A DNA stretch of 64,000 nt from an uncultured Pseudobdellovibrionaceae bacterium (lineage in GTDB: Bacteria > Pseudomonadota > Alphaproteobacteria > Micavibrionales > Micavibrionaceae), in contig CAZBNG010000001.1 of assembly GCA_964493095.1 (NCBI GenBank), positions 22,600 to 86,599 on the forward strand. The letters run 5' to 3'. Shown piece by piece: positions 46,257-54,611 of the stretch. The position numbers and the translations under genes were made by a program. The stretch's first letter is position 1; every line of letters begins with the position of its first letter. The notes under the pieces were generated by a model. It worked only from the letters and a program-made list of their open reading frames with translations, was not told the origin of the DNA and did not search any database.

Positions 46257-47824
46257 TACGGCGCCCCTCCGCTTCCCCCAATGCTCGTGGCGGGCGTAGT
46301 CTCGCCCGTTTGCGCGCCGAGCTCTTCTACCGCCTTGTCCTGTAGATCCATAACCGTCATTTCCAGCAGGACCGAGAGTGCGGCCTCGGAGCGCAGCTGG
46401 CTTTTCAGCATGTCAAATTTTTGCATCAGGGCGAGAGCCTGCAAAGCAACACCCTTACGCTCGACGTTGGCGGGTTTGTCATAGAGATTGGTATAGAAAT
46501 CCGGGTTTTGATAAAGCTTTTTGGTCAGTATTTCCATTTGAGCATAGTAACTGGGATTTTCTCCGAGCAGTTTCATCGTCTCTTGCGGATCGGTAATACC
46601 AAGTTCTTCCATCACCCCCGCTAGAAATTCGCGCGACCCACCCGTACCCTGCGATTTCATAGCGGTAATCGCGTTAAAGGAGTTTTCCGCCACGCTGCGC
46701 TTGGCCACAAGAGAGCGCGCATCCATGTAATAGTTCTGCAAATCCGTAATTTCACGCCCAGGCGTATCCCTGAGAGTATTACCGCCCGGACGGTACAAAA
46801 CCTCATGCGCAAAAAGATTGCTCGCCAGTGCAAATATGTCCGTTTCGTCGTCCGATGCCTCTGCACCGTCGTCTGTCAGATCGACGTCCAGGGTCCAAGG
46901 AAAATCAACGGTGCGGGCGTAATCGATATCTTTGTTAATTCTGGCGCGGCCCTCTGGCGGCGCGCCAGCGCCACATAACGTACTCAAACCGTTATTGTTG
47001 TCGTGAACATTACAATAGGTGGTTTTAAACTGCTTAATACGGCTTTCCATATCGGAAGACGGCCCAGCGCGCGCCGCCGTTGCCGTGTTGCCCAACTGAC
47101 GGTCCAGCGAACGCTGGCTCAGAATAACGGCCGTAACGTCACTTTTTCGTTCTGAAGCCGCCAGACTCTTGATCGTACTACCGAATTCACACATGCCCGT
47201 ACTGGGGTGATAATCCTTATGCGCCTGCGCCTGCATGGTCTGAAACAGGCGCTGGGTTTCAAGCTGGTTTTGGGCATCCATGAAAGACCCGAAAATCTGG
47301 ACCTGTTGCATCGCCACGCTGGATAGCTGGTCCGCCATCATCATCATGGCGGGCAGGATATTGTCCTCCCAAAACTCCGTAATGATATGCGTCTGGTGTT
47401 TTTTAAACTCCTCATCCGTATGTTTGTTCAGATAGGGAACCGTGCCCACGAGACCATTGGTCTGATACCATTCAACCTCTTCCGTGGCGCGCACGGTCTG
47501 TTCACAAAGCGTACATCCTTTGAACGACGGCATCGGCGTATCTTGAATCAGGCTGCCGATGGGACCGCTCATACCGGGAATAGTTGTGCCGGGAGGAAGG
47601 GTTATCCCGCCAACCCCGGGGGGAAGCGTGACTCCCGGTACGGCACCAATACCGCCAAGACCGCTCAAGCTGCCTTTGATCGTGCTGCCACCAAAACTCC
47701 CTTTGCCAAAACCCTGCGCCGTCTGATGAAATGCAAACGGGGAAGCGCAAAACAAGACAAGCCAGAGAAGCACCAACAACGGCTTCTTTCTAAAATGGCG
47801 GCTCTGTTTTATAAATTTTTTCAC
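46256..47824 (-). CDS. Secreted Cys-containing paralog B (522 aa); possibly IcmX/TraW-like, family unconfirmed
   Basis: It has a signal peptide and a Gly/Pro-rich tract, then the shared core (KDYHPSTGMC, YCNVHDNNNGLSTLCG, GENPSYYAQMEILTKKLYQNPDFYTNLYDKP). Its stop overlaps the paralog A start (TAATG). Confidence 0.6.
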   Translation of the reverse strand: MKKFIKQSRHFRKKPLLVLLWLVLFCASPFAFHQTAQGFGKGSFGGSTIKGSLSGLGGIGAVPGVTLPPGVGGITLPPGTTIPGMSGPIGSLIQDTPMPSFKGCTLCEQTVRATEEVEWYQTNGLVGTVPYLNKHTDEEFKKHQTHIITEFWEDNILPAMMMMADQLSSVAMQQVQIFGSFMDAQNQLETQRLFQTMQAQAHKDYHPSTGMCEFGSTIKSLAASERKSDVTAVILSQRSLDRQLGNTATAARAGPSSDMESRIKQFKTTYCNVHDNNNGLSTLCGAGAPPEGRARINKDIDYARTVDFPWTLDVDLTDDGAEASDDETDIFALASNLFAHEVLYRPGGNTLRDTPGREITDLQNYYMDARSLVAKRSVAENSFNAITAMKSQGTGGSREFLAGVMEELGITDPQETMKLLGENPSYYAQMEILTKKLYQNPDFYTNLYDKPANVERKGVALQALALMQKFDMLKSQLRSEAALSVLLEMTVMDLQDKAVEELGAQTGETTPATSIGGSGGAP

Positions 47825-47842
47825 TATCCCATGTCTTTCAAT

Positions 47843-49306
47843 TTAAGGCCTCAGTTTTCCGTTCGCCTCTTTAAAACGCGGCTCGATCTTGCCCGAAAGC
47901 ATAACGGACATCAGCATTTCCTGCCGCAACTGGCTTTCAAAAATCGCCCTGTCCACCATCAGGTCGATGGCTTTGAGCGCGGCACTTTTGCGCTCGACGT
48001 TGGCCGGCTTATCATACAGATTGGCGTAAAAATCCGGACTTTGATAAATTTTCTGGGCCAGAATTTCGAGCTGGGCGTAATAGCTGGGGTTTTTACCCAT
48101 AACCTTGGTGATTTCCTTATCATCCATTCCCAGTTCCTTTAAAATCGCGCCCAGATATTTCCATGTCTGTGTGTCCGGCTGACTGTCAGGCCCCGAAGAA
48201 CCGGATGACTTCAAACCCACAATGGCATTAAAGGAATTTTCCGCCACGCTGCGTTTGGCGGCAACGGCACGCAGGGCCATATATTTTTTCTGGTTGTCCT
48301 GATCGTCCAGATACGCGCCGGTAAGACGTTTTATAACATTGTGCCCGTACAGGTTATTGGCGAGGGCGATAATATCTTCTTCCTGACTGCCCTCCTTAAT
48401 TTCGCCGTCCGTAAAATTCACGCTGAGCGTATGTGGCTCCTCAATCAGGCGTGTAAAATCAACGTCTATATTGCGTTTTTCCGGATCACTGCCGCCTGTT
48501 TTACCACAGGCACCCTCAAGACCCGTCCCCGGGACATCTTTAACCCATTGATTATCCTTGGGGTCGCAGTATTTGCCGACAAATTGCCGCCAGCGCGCGC
48601 CTTTATCGGTATCCGCGTTGGTTGCCGCAACGCCGCTCCTGCCAAGATGCCGCGCCATGGCACGCTGGCTTAACGCCAGAGCATTAAACCGGGAGAGCGA
48701 TTCGCTGTGGGCCAGGCTGCGCACGTTGGTTCCGAACCAGCAAAAATCGTCACTGGGCTGATAATCCTTATGCGCTTCAGCCTGTAATTCCTGCAGGGTT
48801 CTTTGCGTATCAAGCTGGTTTTTGGCATCAAAGAAGGTGCCGACCGTGAATATCTGTTGCATACCGACGGCGGAAAGCTGCTCCGTCATTTTCATCAAAG
48901 CAGGCAGGAAATTTTCCAAGAAAAATGTTTTATACAGGAACGTGTCACGGTGCTTGTTAAATTCTTCCGAAGTGTGTTGGCTGATGAAATACTCGCCGGC
49001 CGCATGAAATTGCTCGATTACCGTTTTTGCTCTTTTTGTGTCTTCCGGATCGCATGGGCCGCAGGCCAGACCGCCGCCACCACCCCCGCCAGCGCAGGCC
49101 GCGCCGCCGCTACCCTCCATGCCGCCATTGGGACCGTCTCCCGGCCCGCCGGAATCACCGCCGCCTCCACCTCCGTCCGCGCCGCCGCCGCTCTCCTCGG
49201 CATAAGCGCGAAAAACCGGTATGGTTGAAAAGGAAACACACAGAACGGCGAGCAAAACGCCGACAAAACAGCCCTTTATAAACAGCCTGCCCGCCCCGTT
49301 AATCAT
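47843..49306 (-). CDS. Secreted Cys-containing paralog C (487 aa); possibly IcmX/TraW-like, family unconfirmed
   Basis: It has a signal peptide and a poly-Gly tract (GGGADGGGGGGDSGGPGDG), then the shared core (KDYQPSDDFC, GKNPSYYAQLEILAQKIYQSPDFYANLYDKP). It is divergent from icmL. Confidence 0.6.
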   Translation of the reverse strand: MINGAGRLFIKGCFVGVLLAVLCVSFSTIPVFRAYAEESGGGADGGGGGGDSGGPGDGPNGGMEGSGGAACAGGGGGGGLACGPCDPEDTKRAKTVIEQFHAAGEYFISQHTSEEFNKHRDTFLYKTFFLENFLPALMKMTEQLSAVGMQQIFTVGTFFDAKNQLDTQRTLQELQAEAHKDYQPSDDFCWFGTNVRSLAHSESLSRFNALALSQRAMARHLGRSGVAATNADTDKGARWRQFVGKYCDPKDNQWVKDVPGTGLEGACGKTGGSDPEKRNIDVDFTRLIEEPHTLSVNFTDGEIKEGSQEEDIIALANNLYGHNVIKRLTGAYLDDQDNQKKYMALRAVAAKRSVAENSFNAIVGLKSSGSSGPDSQPDTQTWKYLGAILKELGMDDKEITKVMGKNPSYYAQLEILAQKIYQSPDFYANLYDKPANVERKSAALKAIDLMVDRAIFESQLRQEMLMSVMLSGKIEPRFKEANGKLRP

Positions 49307-49419
49307 TAAAAAACCCGTGCCGAAGTTATTATTATCATTGTCCTTTTATCATACCCCAAAAACGGACATTTTCGTAACCTCTTTCATTTTAACACAAGAA
49401 ACCGGCAAAAGGCACGTTT

Positions 49420-49451
49420 CAATCGTTATTCTTTGTGATTTGGAACGATTG
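49420..49451. promoter_or_regulatory. 8-bp inverted repeat CAATCGTT-N16-AACGATTG in the divergent paralog-C / icmL intergenic region
   Basis: The perfect arms are at 49420-49427 and 49444-49451, ~70 nt upstream of the icmL ATG. Confidence 0.3.
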
Positions 49452-49519
49452 GCTTTTCAAGAGTCTCAATTTACGGTAAACAGAAAGGATATACGTCTTC
49501 AAAACACTGCGCTTCAAAT

Positions 49520-50224
49520 ATGACCGATAAAAAATCAAAAACGCCGGAAAATCAGGACGCTGCAAAAACTGCGCAGGATACGGCCGCGACAAACGGTAAC
49601 GATCTGGGCGGGCTTGGCAAGGTCAATATCCGCAATGAGTTTTACCGCGACGGCTACCGCACTCTTCTGAAACTGAGCGTTTTACAAGGACTTGTCACAC
49701 TGGGGCTTATCGCGGCAATGTTTTTCGTGGTTGCCGTACACCAACCGGAAAACCGTTACTTTGCGACCACGGAAGACGGCCGGCTCGTGCCCATGGTGCC
49801 GCTAAACCAGCCGAATTTGAGCACTCCGGCCCTGATGTCATGGGTGGCACAAGCGACAACCGAAGTAATGACCTTTGGTTTCAATGACTATCGCCGCCGT
49901 TTCCAGACCGCGTCGCGCAATTTCACCCGCCGCGGCTGGGAAAGCTTCAGCACAGCGTTGCAAAAATCTCGTATTATCGAGCTCGTTGAAACAAAACAGC
50001 AAGTTGTAACCGCCACCCCGCAAGGCGCACCGATTCTGCAATCCGAAGGACTATACGCGGGGCGTTATCAATGGGTTGTTCAAATTCCCATGGTTCTGAC
50101 TTATCAGTCCGGCAGCAGTACCCGCAGCGACAGCCTGCTGGTTACACTGGTTGTCGTACGCCGCCCACGCCTTGAAAGCCCGAACGGCGTAGGGATCGAA
50201 CAATGGATCGCCGTACCGCGCTAG
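49520..50224 (+). CDS. icmL: T4BSS inner-membrane protein IcmL/DotI (IncI TraM-like)
   Basis: FYRDGYRTLLKLSVLQGLV is followed by a TM helix. The periplasmic domain carries LMSWVAQATTEVMTFGFNDYRRRFQTASRNFTRRGWESF. Confidence 0.8.
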   Translation: MTDKKSKTPENQDAAKTAQDTAATNGNDLGGLGKVNIRNEFYRDGYRTLLKLSVLQGLVTLGLIAAMFFVVAVHQPENRYFATTEDGRLVPMVPLNQPNLSTPALMSWVAQATTEVMTFGFNDYRRRFQTASRNFTRRGWESFSTALQKSRIIELVETKQQVVTATPQGAPILQSEGLYAGRYQWVVQIPMVLTYQSGSSTRSDSLLVTLVVVRRPRLESPNGVGIEQWIAVPR

Positions 50225-50333
50225 CAATATCCATTTAAAAATTTTGCCGGAAATGCCGGGGGAAGCCTGTGTGTTATTTTCACTTTTTCCTGATTGAAGG
50301 ATGACAGTCCTTTTTTTTATCGATATTCTTTGC

Positions 50334-50347
50334 GTATCTGCAGATAC
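50334..50347. promoter_or_regulatory. Perfect 14-bp palindrome GTATCTGCAGATAC upstream of icmK
   Basis: It sits ~30 nt upstream of the preferred icmK ATG (50376), in the 151-nt icmL-icmK gap. Confidence 0.25.
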
Positions 50348-50375
50348 CCTTACTTTCGGATGGTTTTCATTTCCC

Positions 50376-51461
50376 ATGCGTCTATTCAAATTCTATAGTT
50401 CCGTAACGAACCGTATTCTTTTGACAGCCGCTGTTGTGTTTGTGCTAACCGCTCCGATTGCGTCCAGTGCAATGGCACAGACGCCCCCGCCCCCTAATCT
50501 GCCTGGCAGCGCACAAACGCAAGACCAGAATCAGAAGAACCCACAAAGTCTTCCACCGGCAACCACCCAAAACAGCGCATCGGACAAAGAACTGTCCGAA
50601 ATGCTCGGAACGGCGGAAAGTAAGGAGGATATCGAGGAAAAAGTGCGCGAGGACGCTTTTGATGCCGCGCTTCAGGGGCTGCTCCCGCTAAAGCCGCTCG
50701 AAATCCGCAAACTGCTGGAACATTTCGACCGCACCCAGGAATCCGTAGAGGTTCCCGTTTACCCATCGCCCAAACCTGAGGTCACCGTGCAAACCCTTTC
50801 TCTGGACCCGGGCTCCACGCCAGCCGTTATTAAGGTGGCTTACGGTCATGTCACCACGCTCAATATGCTGGACCTGTCCGGCGAGCCCTGGCCGATTGAA
50901 GATATCAGCTGGGCCGGTAATTTCGAGGTTATTGAAGGCGGGGCCAACGAAGGCTCCCACATCCTGCGCATTTCCCCGGAAAGCGAGTTTGCACAGGGCA
51001 ATATCTCCATTCGGATGTTAAATCTCAACACCCCCGTTATCATGAGCCTGGAGACAAACCGCGATATCGTCCATTACCGTTTTGACGCCATTATTCCGGA
51101 ATACGGCCCGCAGGCCGACACCCCGTTGATTGAAAGCAACGGTCTGGCCAAGGTAAATGCGGGCGGGGAAAAAGGACGCAACATTGCCTCGTTCCTGGCC
51201 GGTGTCTTGCCGGACAATGCCACGAGGCTGGCCGTTTCAGGGGGGGGCGCCGGAGACGGAAGAACAACGGCGTTCCGCGTAAACGGCCTTACTTATGTGC
51301 GTACGCCCCTGGTTTTACTGTCCCCCGGCTGGAATTCTTCCGCCGCTTCCGCCGATGGTATGCGGGTCTATGAAATAAAGGATACGCCGGTTCTGCTGCT
51401 TTCGGATAACGGCAAGATGGTGCGGGTTAAATTGTCGGAACGCGAGGACATTCTGGAATGA
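50376..51461 (+). CDS. icmK: T4BSS outer-membrane-complex protein IcmK/DotH (IncI TraN-like)
   Basis: The start is set at the ATG at 50376, giving the signal peptide MRLFKFYSSVTNRILLTAAVVFVLTAPIASSAMA. The conserved block is LSLDPGSTPAVIKVAYGHVTTLNMLDLSGEPWPIEDISWAG. Confidence 0.8.
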   Translation: MRLFKFYSSVTNRILLTAAVVFVLTAPIASSAMAQTPPPPNLPGSAQTQDQNQKNPQSLPPATTQNSASDKELSEMLGTAESKEDIEEKVREDAFDAALQGLLPLKPLEIRKLLEHFDRTQESVEVPVYPSPKPEVTVQTLSLDPGSTPAVIKVAYGHVTTLNMLDLSGEPWPIEDISWAGNFEVIEGGANEGSHILRISPESEFAQGNISIRMLNLNTPVIMSLETNRDIVHYRFDAIIPEYGPQADTPLIESNGLAKVNAGGEKGRNIASFLAGVLPDNATRLAVSGGGAGDGRTTAFRVNGLTYVRTPLVLLSPGWNSSAASADGMRVYEIKDTPVLLLSDNGKMVRVKLSEREDILE

Positions 51462-52927
51462 TTAATAATATTCCTGACGATGACGATGATGACGACATGG
51501 ATATCTCCATGGATGATGACCTGAATGACGATTTTCAGGACGATTCCGACGATGAGTTTATCGATGACGACGATGATGATGACGCTTTCGGAGATTTTGC
51601 CGAAACGGCAAAAACGGAAAACACGCTCGCCGATCTGTGGCAAAATAATCCGCTTTTTAAAATAGGCGTAATTTTCGGGGGCGCGGCGTTGCTTTTTGGC
51701 GTTATTATCCTCCTGAGCAGCGGTAAAAAGGACGTTGACAGCTCCTATGTTCCCACTGGGTCCGACGTGACGGCCGCACCGGGAACAACCGAGGCCACCC
51801 CCGCCTTTATCGATGCCGTTAAGGAGGCCAATCAAGCCGAAGTGGAACGCGCCATTCGCGAAGGCGACAGCGCCATTCCCGTTCCCGTAGATACGCCGGT
51901 CGGACGTCTTAAAGTTCCCGATCAGGCACAGGATGAACAGGAAGACCCACTTGACCGCTGGCGGCAACTCCAGCAGGAGCGCCTGGAGCGCGAACTGGCG
52001 CAGCAGGAAACGCTGGATCAGCAAAATCTGGATACGGGTAATGCCGGCGCGGCCAATGATTTCAGCGAGGACGTCAAGGCGCTTGCCGATGTTATGTCGC
52101 AACAAATGCAGTCCATCCTCGAAAACCGTTCGCAGGTGAAGACTTCATACATGATGATCACGCCCGAGGGTTATATGGAACAACAGGAACTGCTAAAAGC
52201 GCAAAGAGCGGCGGAACTTGCAAAGGCAAAAGCGGAAGCCGCAGCAGCCTTGGCCTCTCTTAACGGACAAGGCGGTGCGGGAGCCAACGGTGCGGGTGGT
52301 GTTAATGGAATAAACGGGGTCAATGGAGCCAACGGCAATGCTGACGCCGCGGCAAACGGGGCCGCAGGAGAAGAGGTGCAAAATATTATCTTCCCGGCCG
52401 GGCAAATCGCCTACGCCCAGCTCCTGACAGAAGCAAATTCGGATACGCCCGGACCGGTCCTTGCGCAAATTGTATCCGGGCCTTTGGCCGGAAACCGCGT
52501 TTTAGGCTCGTTTGAAACCCAGGAAGAGCGGCTTACACTCAATTTTAACACCATTATTATAGACGGGGTGTCCCAAAGCATCGAAGCCGTTGCGGTGGAC
52601 CCTGACACAACTCTGCCGGCCATGGCGACCGAAGTTGACCACCGCTATATGCGGCGTATTTTCCTGCCTGCCGCGGCAGCATTCGTAAAAGGGGCGGCAA
52701 AGGCTATCGCCGAATCCGGCCGCACGACAATTACGATTTCGGGCGAAACCGTTTCGGAATCAACCCAGAGTGCCAACAAGGATCAGGAAATTGCAACCGG
52801 TGTGCAGGAGGCAGGAGAAGAGGCCAGCGATATTCTCAAGGATATGGCCGACGATACAAAAGTCCTGGTACGAATTGCCTCCGGTACTCCTATGGGTATT
52901 TTGTTCCTTCAGCCTGTTGTAGAATAA
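51458..52927 (+). CDS. icmE: T4BSS core protein IcmE/DotG (VirB10/TrbI-like C-terminus; IncI TraO-like), short form
   Basis: It has a poly-acidic N-terminus, one TM helix, a coiled-coil and a short GANGAGGVNGINGVNGANG tract. The TrbI-like C-terminus follows (PAGQIAYAQLLTEANSDTPGPVLAQIVSGPLAGNRVLGSF). The start overlaps the icmK stop (ATGA). Confidence 0.8.
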   Translation: MINNIPDDDDDDDMDISMDDDLNDDFQDDSDDEFIDDDDDDDAFGDFAETAKTENTLADLWQNNPLFKIGVIFGGAALLFGVIILLSSGKKDVDSSYVPTGSDVTAAPGTTEATPAFIDAVKEANQAEVERAIREGDSAIPVPVDTPVGRLKVPDQAQDEQEDPLDRWRQLQQERLERELAQQETLDQQNLDTGNAGAANDFSEDVKALADVMSQQMQSILENRSQVKTSYMMITPEGYMEQQELLKAQRAAELAKAKAEAAAALASLNGQGGAGANGAGGVNGINGVNGANGNADAAANGAAGEEVQNIIFPAGQIAYAQLLTEANSDTPGPVLAQIVSGPLAGNRVLGSFETQEERLTLNFNTIIIDGVSQSIEAVAVDPDTTLPAMATEVDHRYMRRIFLPAAAAFVKGAAKAIAESGRTTITISGETVSESTQSANKDQEIATGVQEAGEEASDILKDMADDTKVLVRIASGTPMGILFLQPVVE

Positions 52928-53038
52928 GACCGTAGCATTTACGATCGGTACTTGATAAAACTGTTTGGGAACTTTACTTGCAATTAATTCGTGGGAATAA
53001 AAGCAAGGTCACGTTGATCAAAAAAATACTGGAATACC

Positions 53039-54451
53039 ATGCAGGACGAAGAAAAAAAACAAGACGCACCCTCACCCTCCGAGAACGAGACTCAGACGGA
53101 TAACGATCATCTTGATACGGAGATGGATTCCGATCTGGAGGATTCTCTTGAGGACGATCTTGACGATCTGGATCTGGATGACGAAGATTTCGAGGACGCT
53201 TCATGGGATGATTTCAACGGCAACGGCGATGTAGCCAACGGCGGAAACACCGAAAAAAAAGCCGGCGGTAAGCGTTTGCCCAAGGGGCTTGGAAAAATCA
53301 TCGCCGGCATTGCCGTCATAGGGGGGCTGGGCTTTGTCCTGGTTTCACTCAGCAAGCCGCAGCAGGAACCTTCAACAGGCCTCGGACCCGGCCTTGCAGA
53401 ACAAACGCAGGAACCGGACGCGCTGGCGGACCCCTCCGTTAGTACGGGATTCATGGATAATCCCGAAGAGTTGGCTAAAAATCTGGAAGATGCGGAAAAA
53501 CTGTCCCGGGAAAACGGCGACATGCCGCCTATGCCAACCCCGATCCAGGGGCAGGCCGAAGCGCCACAGGAAGAACCCGGTGCATTAACACCTATGCCTG
53601 ACCCGGCAGACAGTTCGTCCGATTCCGCAGAAAATTTAGCCGCCGATGATCTCCCCATTCCCGAACCCGGCGAAAATGTCACAGAAATTAAAGCCGTCAC
53701 GTTCGAAGAACCTAAAAATGAAGCGGAACAACCGACGAAAGTGGACTCTGTACAGATAGAATCTGAAACCGCCGATGCAGGAACAGCCCCCGAAATAGAA
53801 ACGGAACCTTTGAAAGAACCAGAGAATAAAGGGTGGTTAAACGCAAAATCCTTTATGAAATCCCCTGAAACGGAAATGAAACCCGCCGAAGAAACTGCCG
53901 CATCGGAAGTTGTCGACACGGGGATAACCGAAAAGATAGGGGAATTGGAAACGTTCCTGCAAAACTCAAGCGCCGATACGAACGCGCAAATCAAAGCGCT
54001 TAACAATAAAATTGAAGAATTAACGAATCTGGTGGAATCGCTAGCGCAGGAAACAAGCAAAACGGCCAAAAAAGCGGAAAATGCCGAAATGCTGGCCAGC
54101 AGTGCCGTAGAAACGGCAAAATCAGCCGCTAAAAAGACGGCGGCAACCGCACAAAGCACCACAAAGGCGGCGGCCAGCAAGCCTGCGCCGACAGCGCCTG
54201 CCTCCAAACCGGTAGCCCGAAAGAAAAGCAGCCCTACCCCCAAAGCCGCAGCCACAACCAGCAGCAAAGCGCCCAACTGGCAATTGCGGGGGGCTGGTCC
54301 GGGACAGGCCATGATCGGCGAAAAAGGAACCAACGAGCTTAAAACCGTAAAAATCGGCGATAACGTTAAGGGCCTTGGAAAAATCACCTTTATCGGGCAG
54401 GAAAAAGGGAAATGGGTCGTACGGGGAACTTCCGGCGAAATAAGCCAATAA
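53039..54451 (+). CDS. icmG: T4BSS core protein IcmG/DotF (IncI TraP-like)
   Basis: It has an acidic N-terminus, a single TM helix (IIAGIAVIGGLGFVLV) and a long low-complexity linker. The C-terminus (WQLRGAGPGQAMIGEKG...VKIGDNVKGLGKITFI) resembles the DotF C-terminal domain. Its position is between icmE and icmC. Confidence 0.7.
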   Translation: MQDEEKKQDAPSPSENETQTDNDHLDTEMDSDLEDSLEDDLDDLDLDDEDFEDASWDDFNGNGDVANGGNTEKKAGGKRLPKGLGKIIAGIAVIGGLGFVLVSLSKPQQEPSTGLGPGLAEQTQEPDALADPSVSTGFMDNPEELAKNLEDAEKLSRENGDMPPMPTPIQGQAEAPQEEPGALTPMPDPADSSSDSAENLAADDLPIPEPGENVTEIKAVTFEEPKNEAEQPTKVDSVQIESETADAGTAPEIETEPLKEPENKGWLNAKSFMKSPETEMKPAEETAASEVVDTGITEKIGELETFLQNSSADTNAQIKALNNKIEELTNLVESLAQETSKTAKKAENAEMLASSAVETAKSAAKKTAATAQSTTKAAASKPAPTAPASKPVARKKSSPTPKAAATTSSKAPNWQLRGAGPGQAMIGEKGTNELKTVKIGDNVKGLGKITFIGQEKGKWVVRGTSGEISQ

Positions 54452-54611
54452 TCTTTTATTATCAAACACTTAGCAGATTCCCTCTTCCAATCAGGGATAA
54501 ATTGGGACAAATATTCCCTGTGATTTCCCTATTTTTTCATAAAAAATTAACATAAAATTTGCATATAATATTTATGATATTAGTGAAGGAGTATCACTAG
54601 GCGGGTTTTTA

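Noticed and set aside
49080..49200. G-rich and (GAT/GAC)n nucleotide repeats (also at 51470-51600), considered as possible CRISPR or tandem-repeat arrays
   Set aside because: They are in-frame codon repeats encoding the poly-Gly and poly-Asp tracts of paralog C and IcmE. There is no repeat-spacer periodicity. No CRISPR array was seen anywhere in the window.
51368..52105. A 245-aa ORF antisense across the icmK/icmE junction
   Set aside because: It is driven by the (GAT/GAC)n acidic tract read in reverse (poly-I/V). No support for it as a gene.
53107..54510. A 467-aa ORF antisense to icmG/dotF
   Set aside because: It is a Ser/Ala/Gly-rich low-complexity shadow of the low-complexity sense gene. 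The sense strand has the TM helix, the DotF-like C-terminus and operon context, while the antisense product has no motif or start context.
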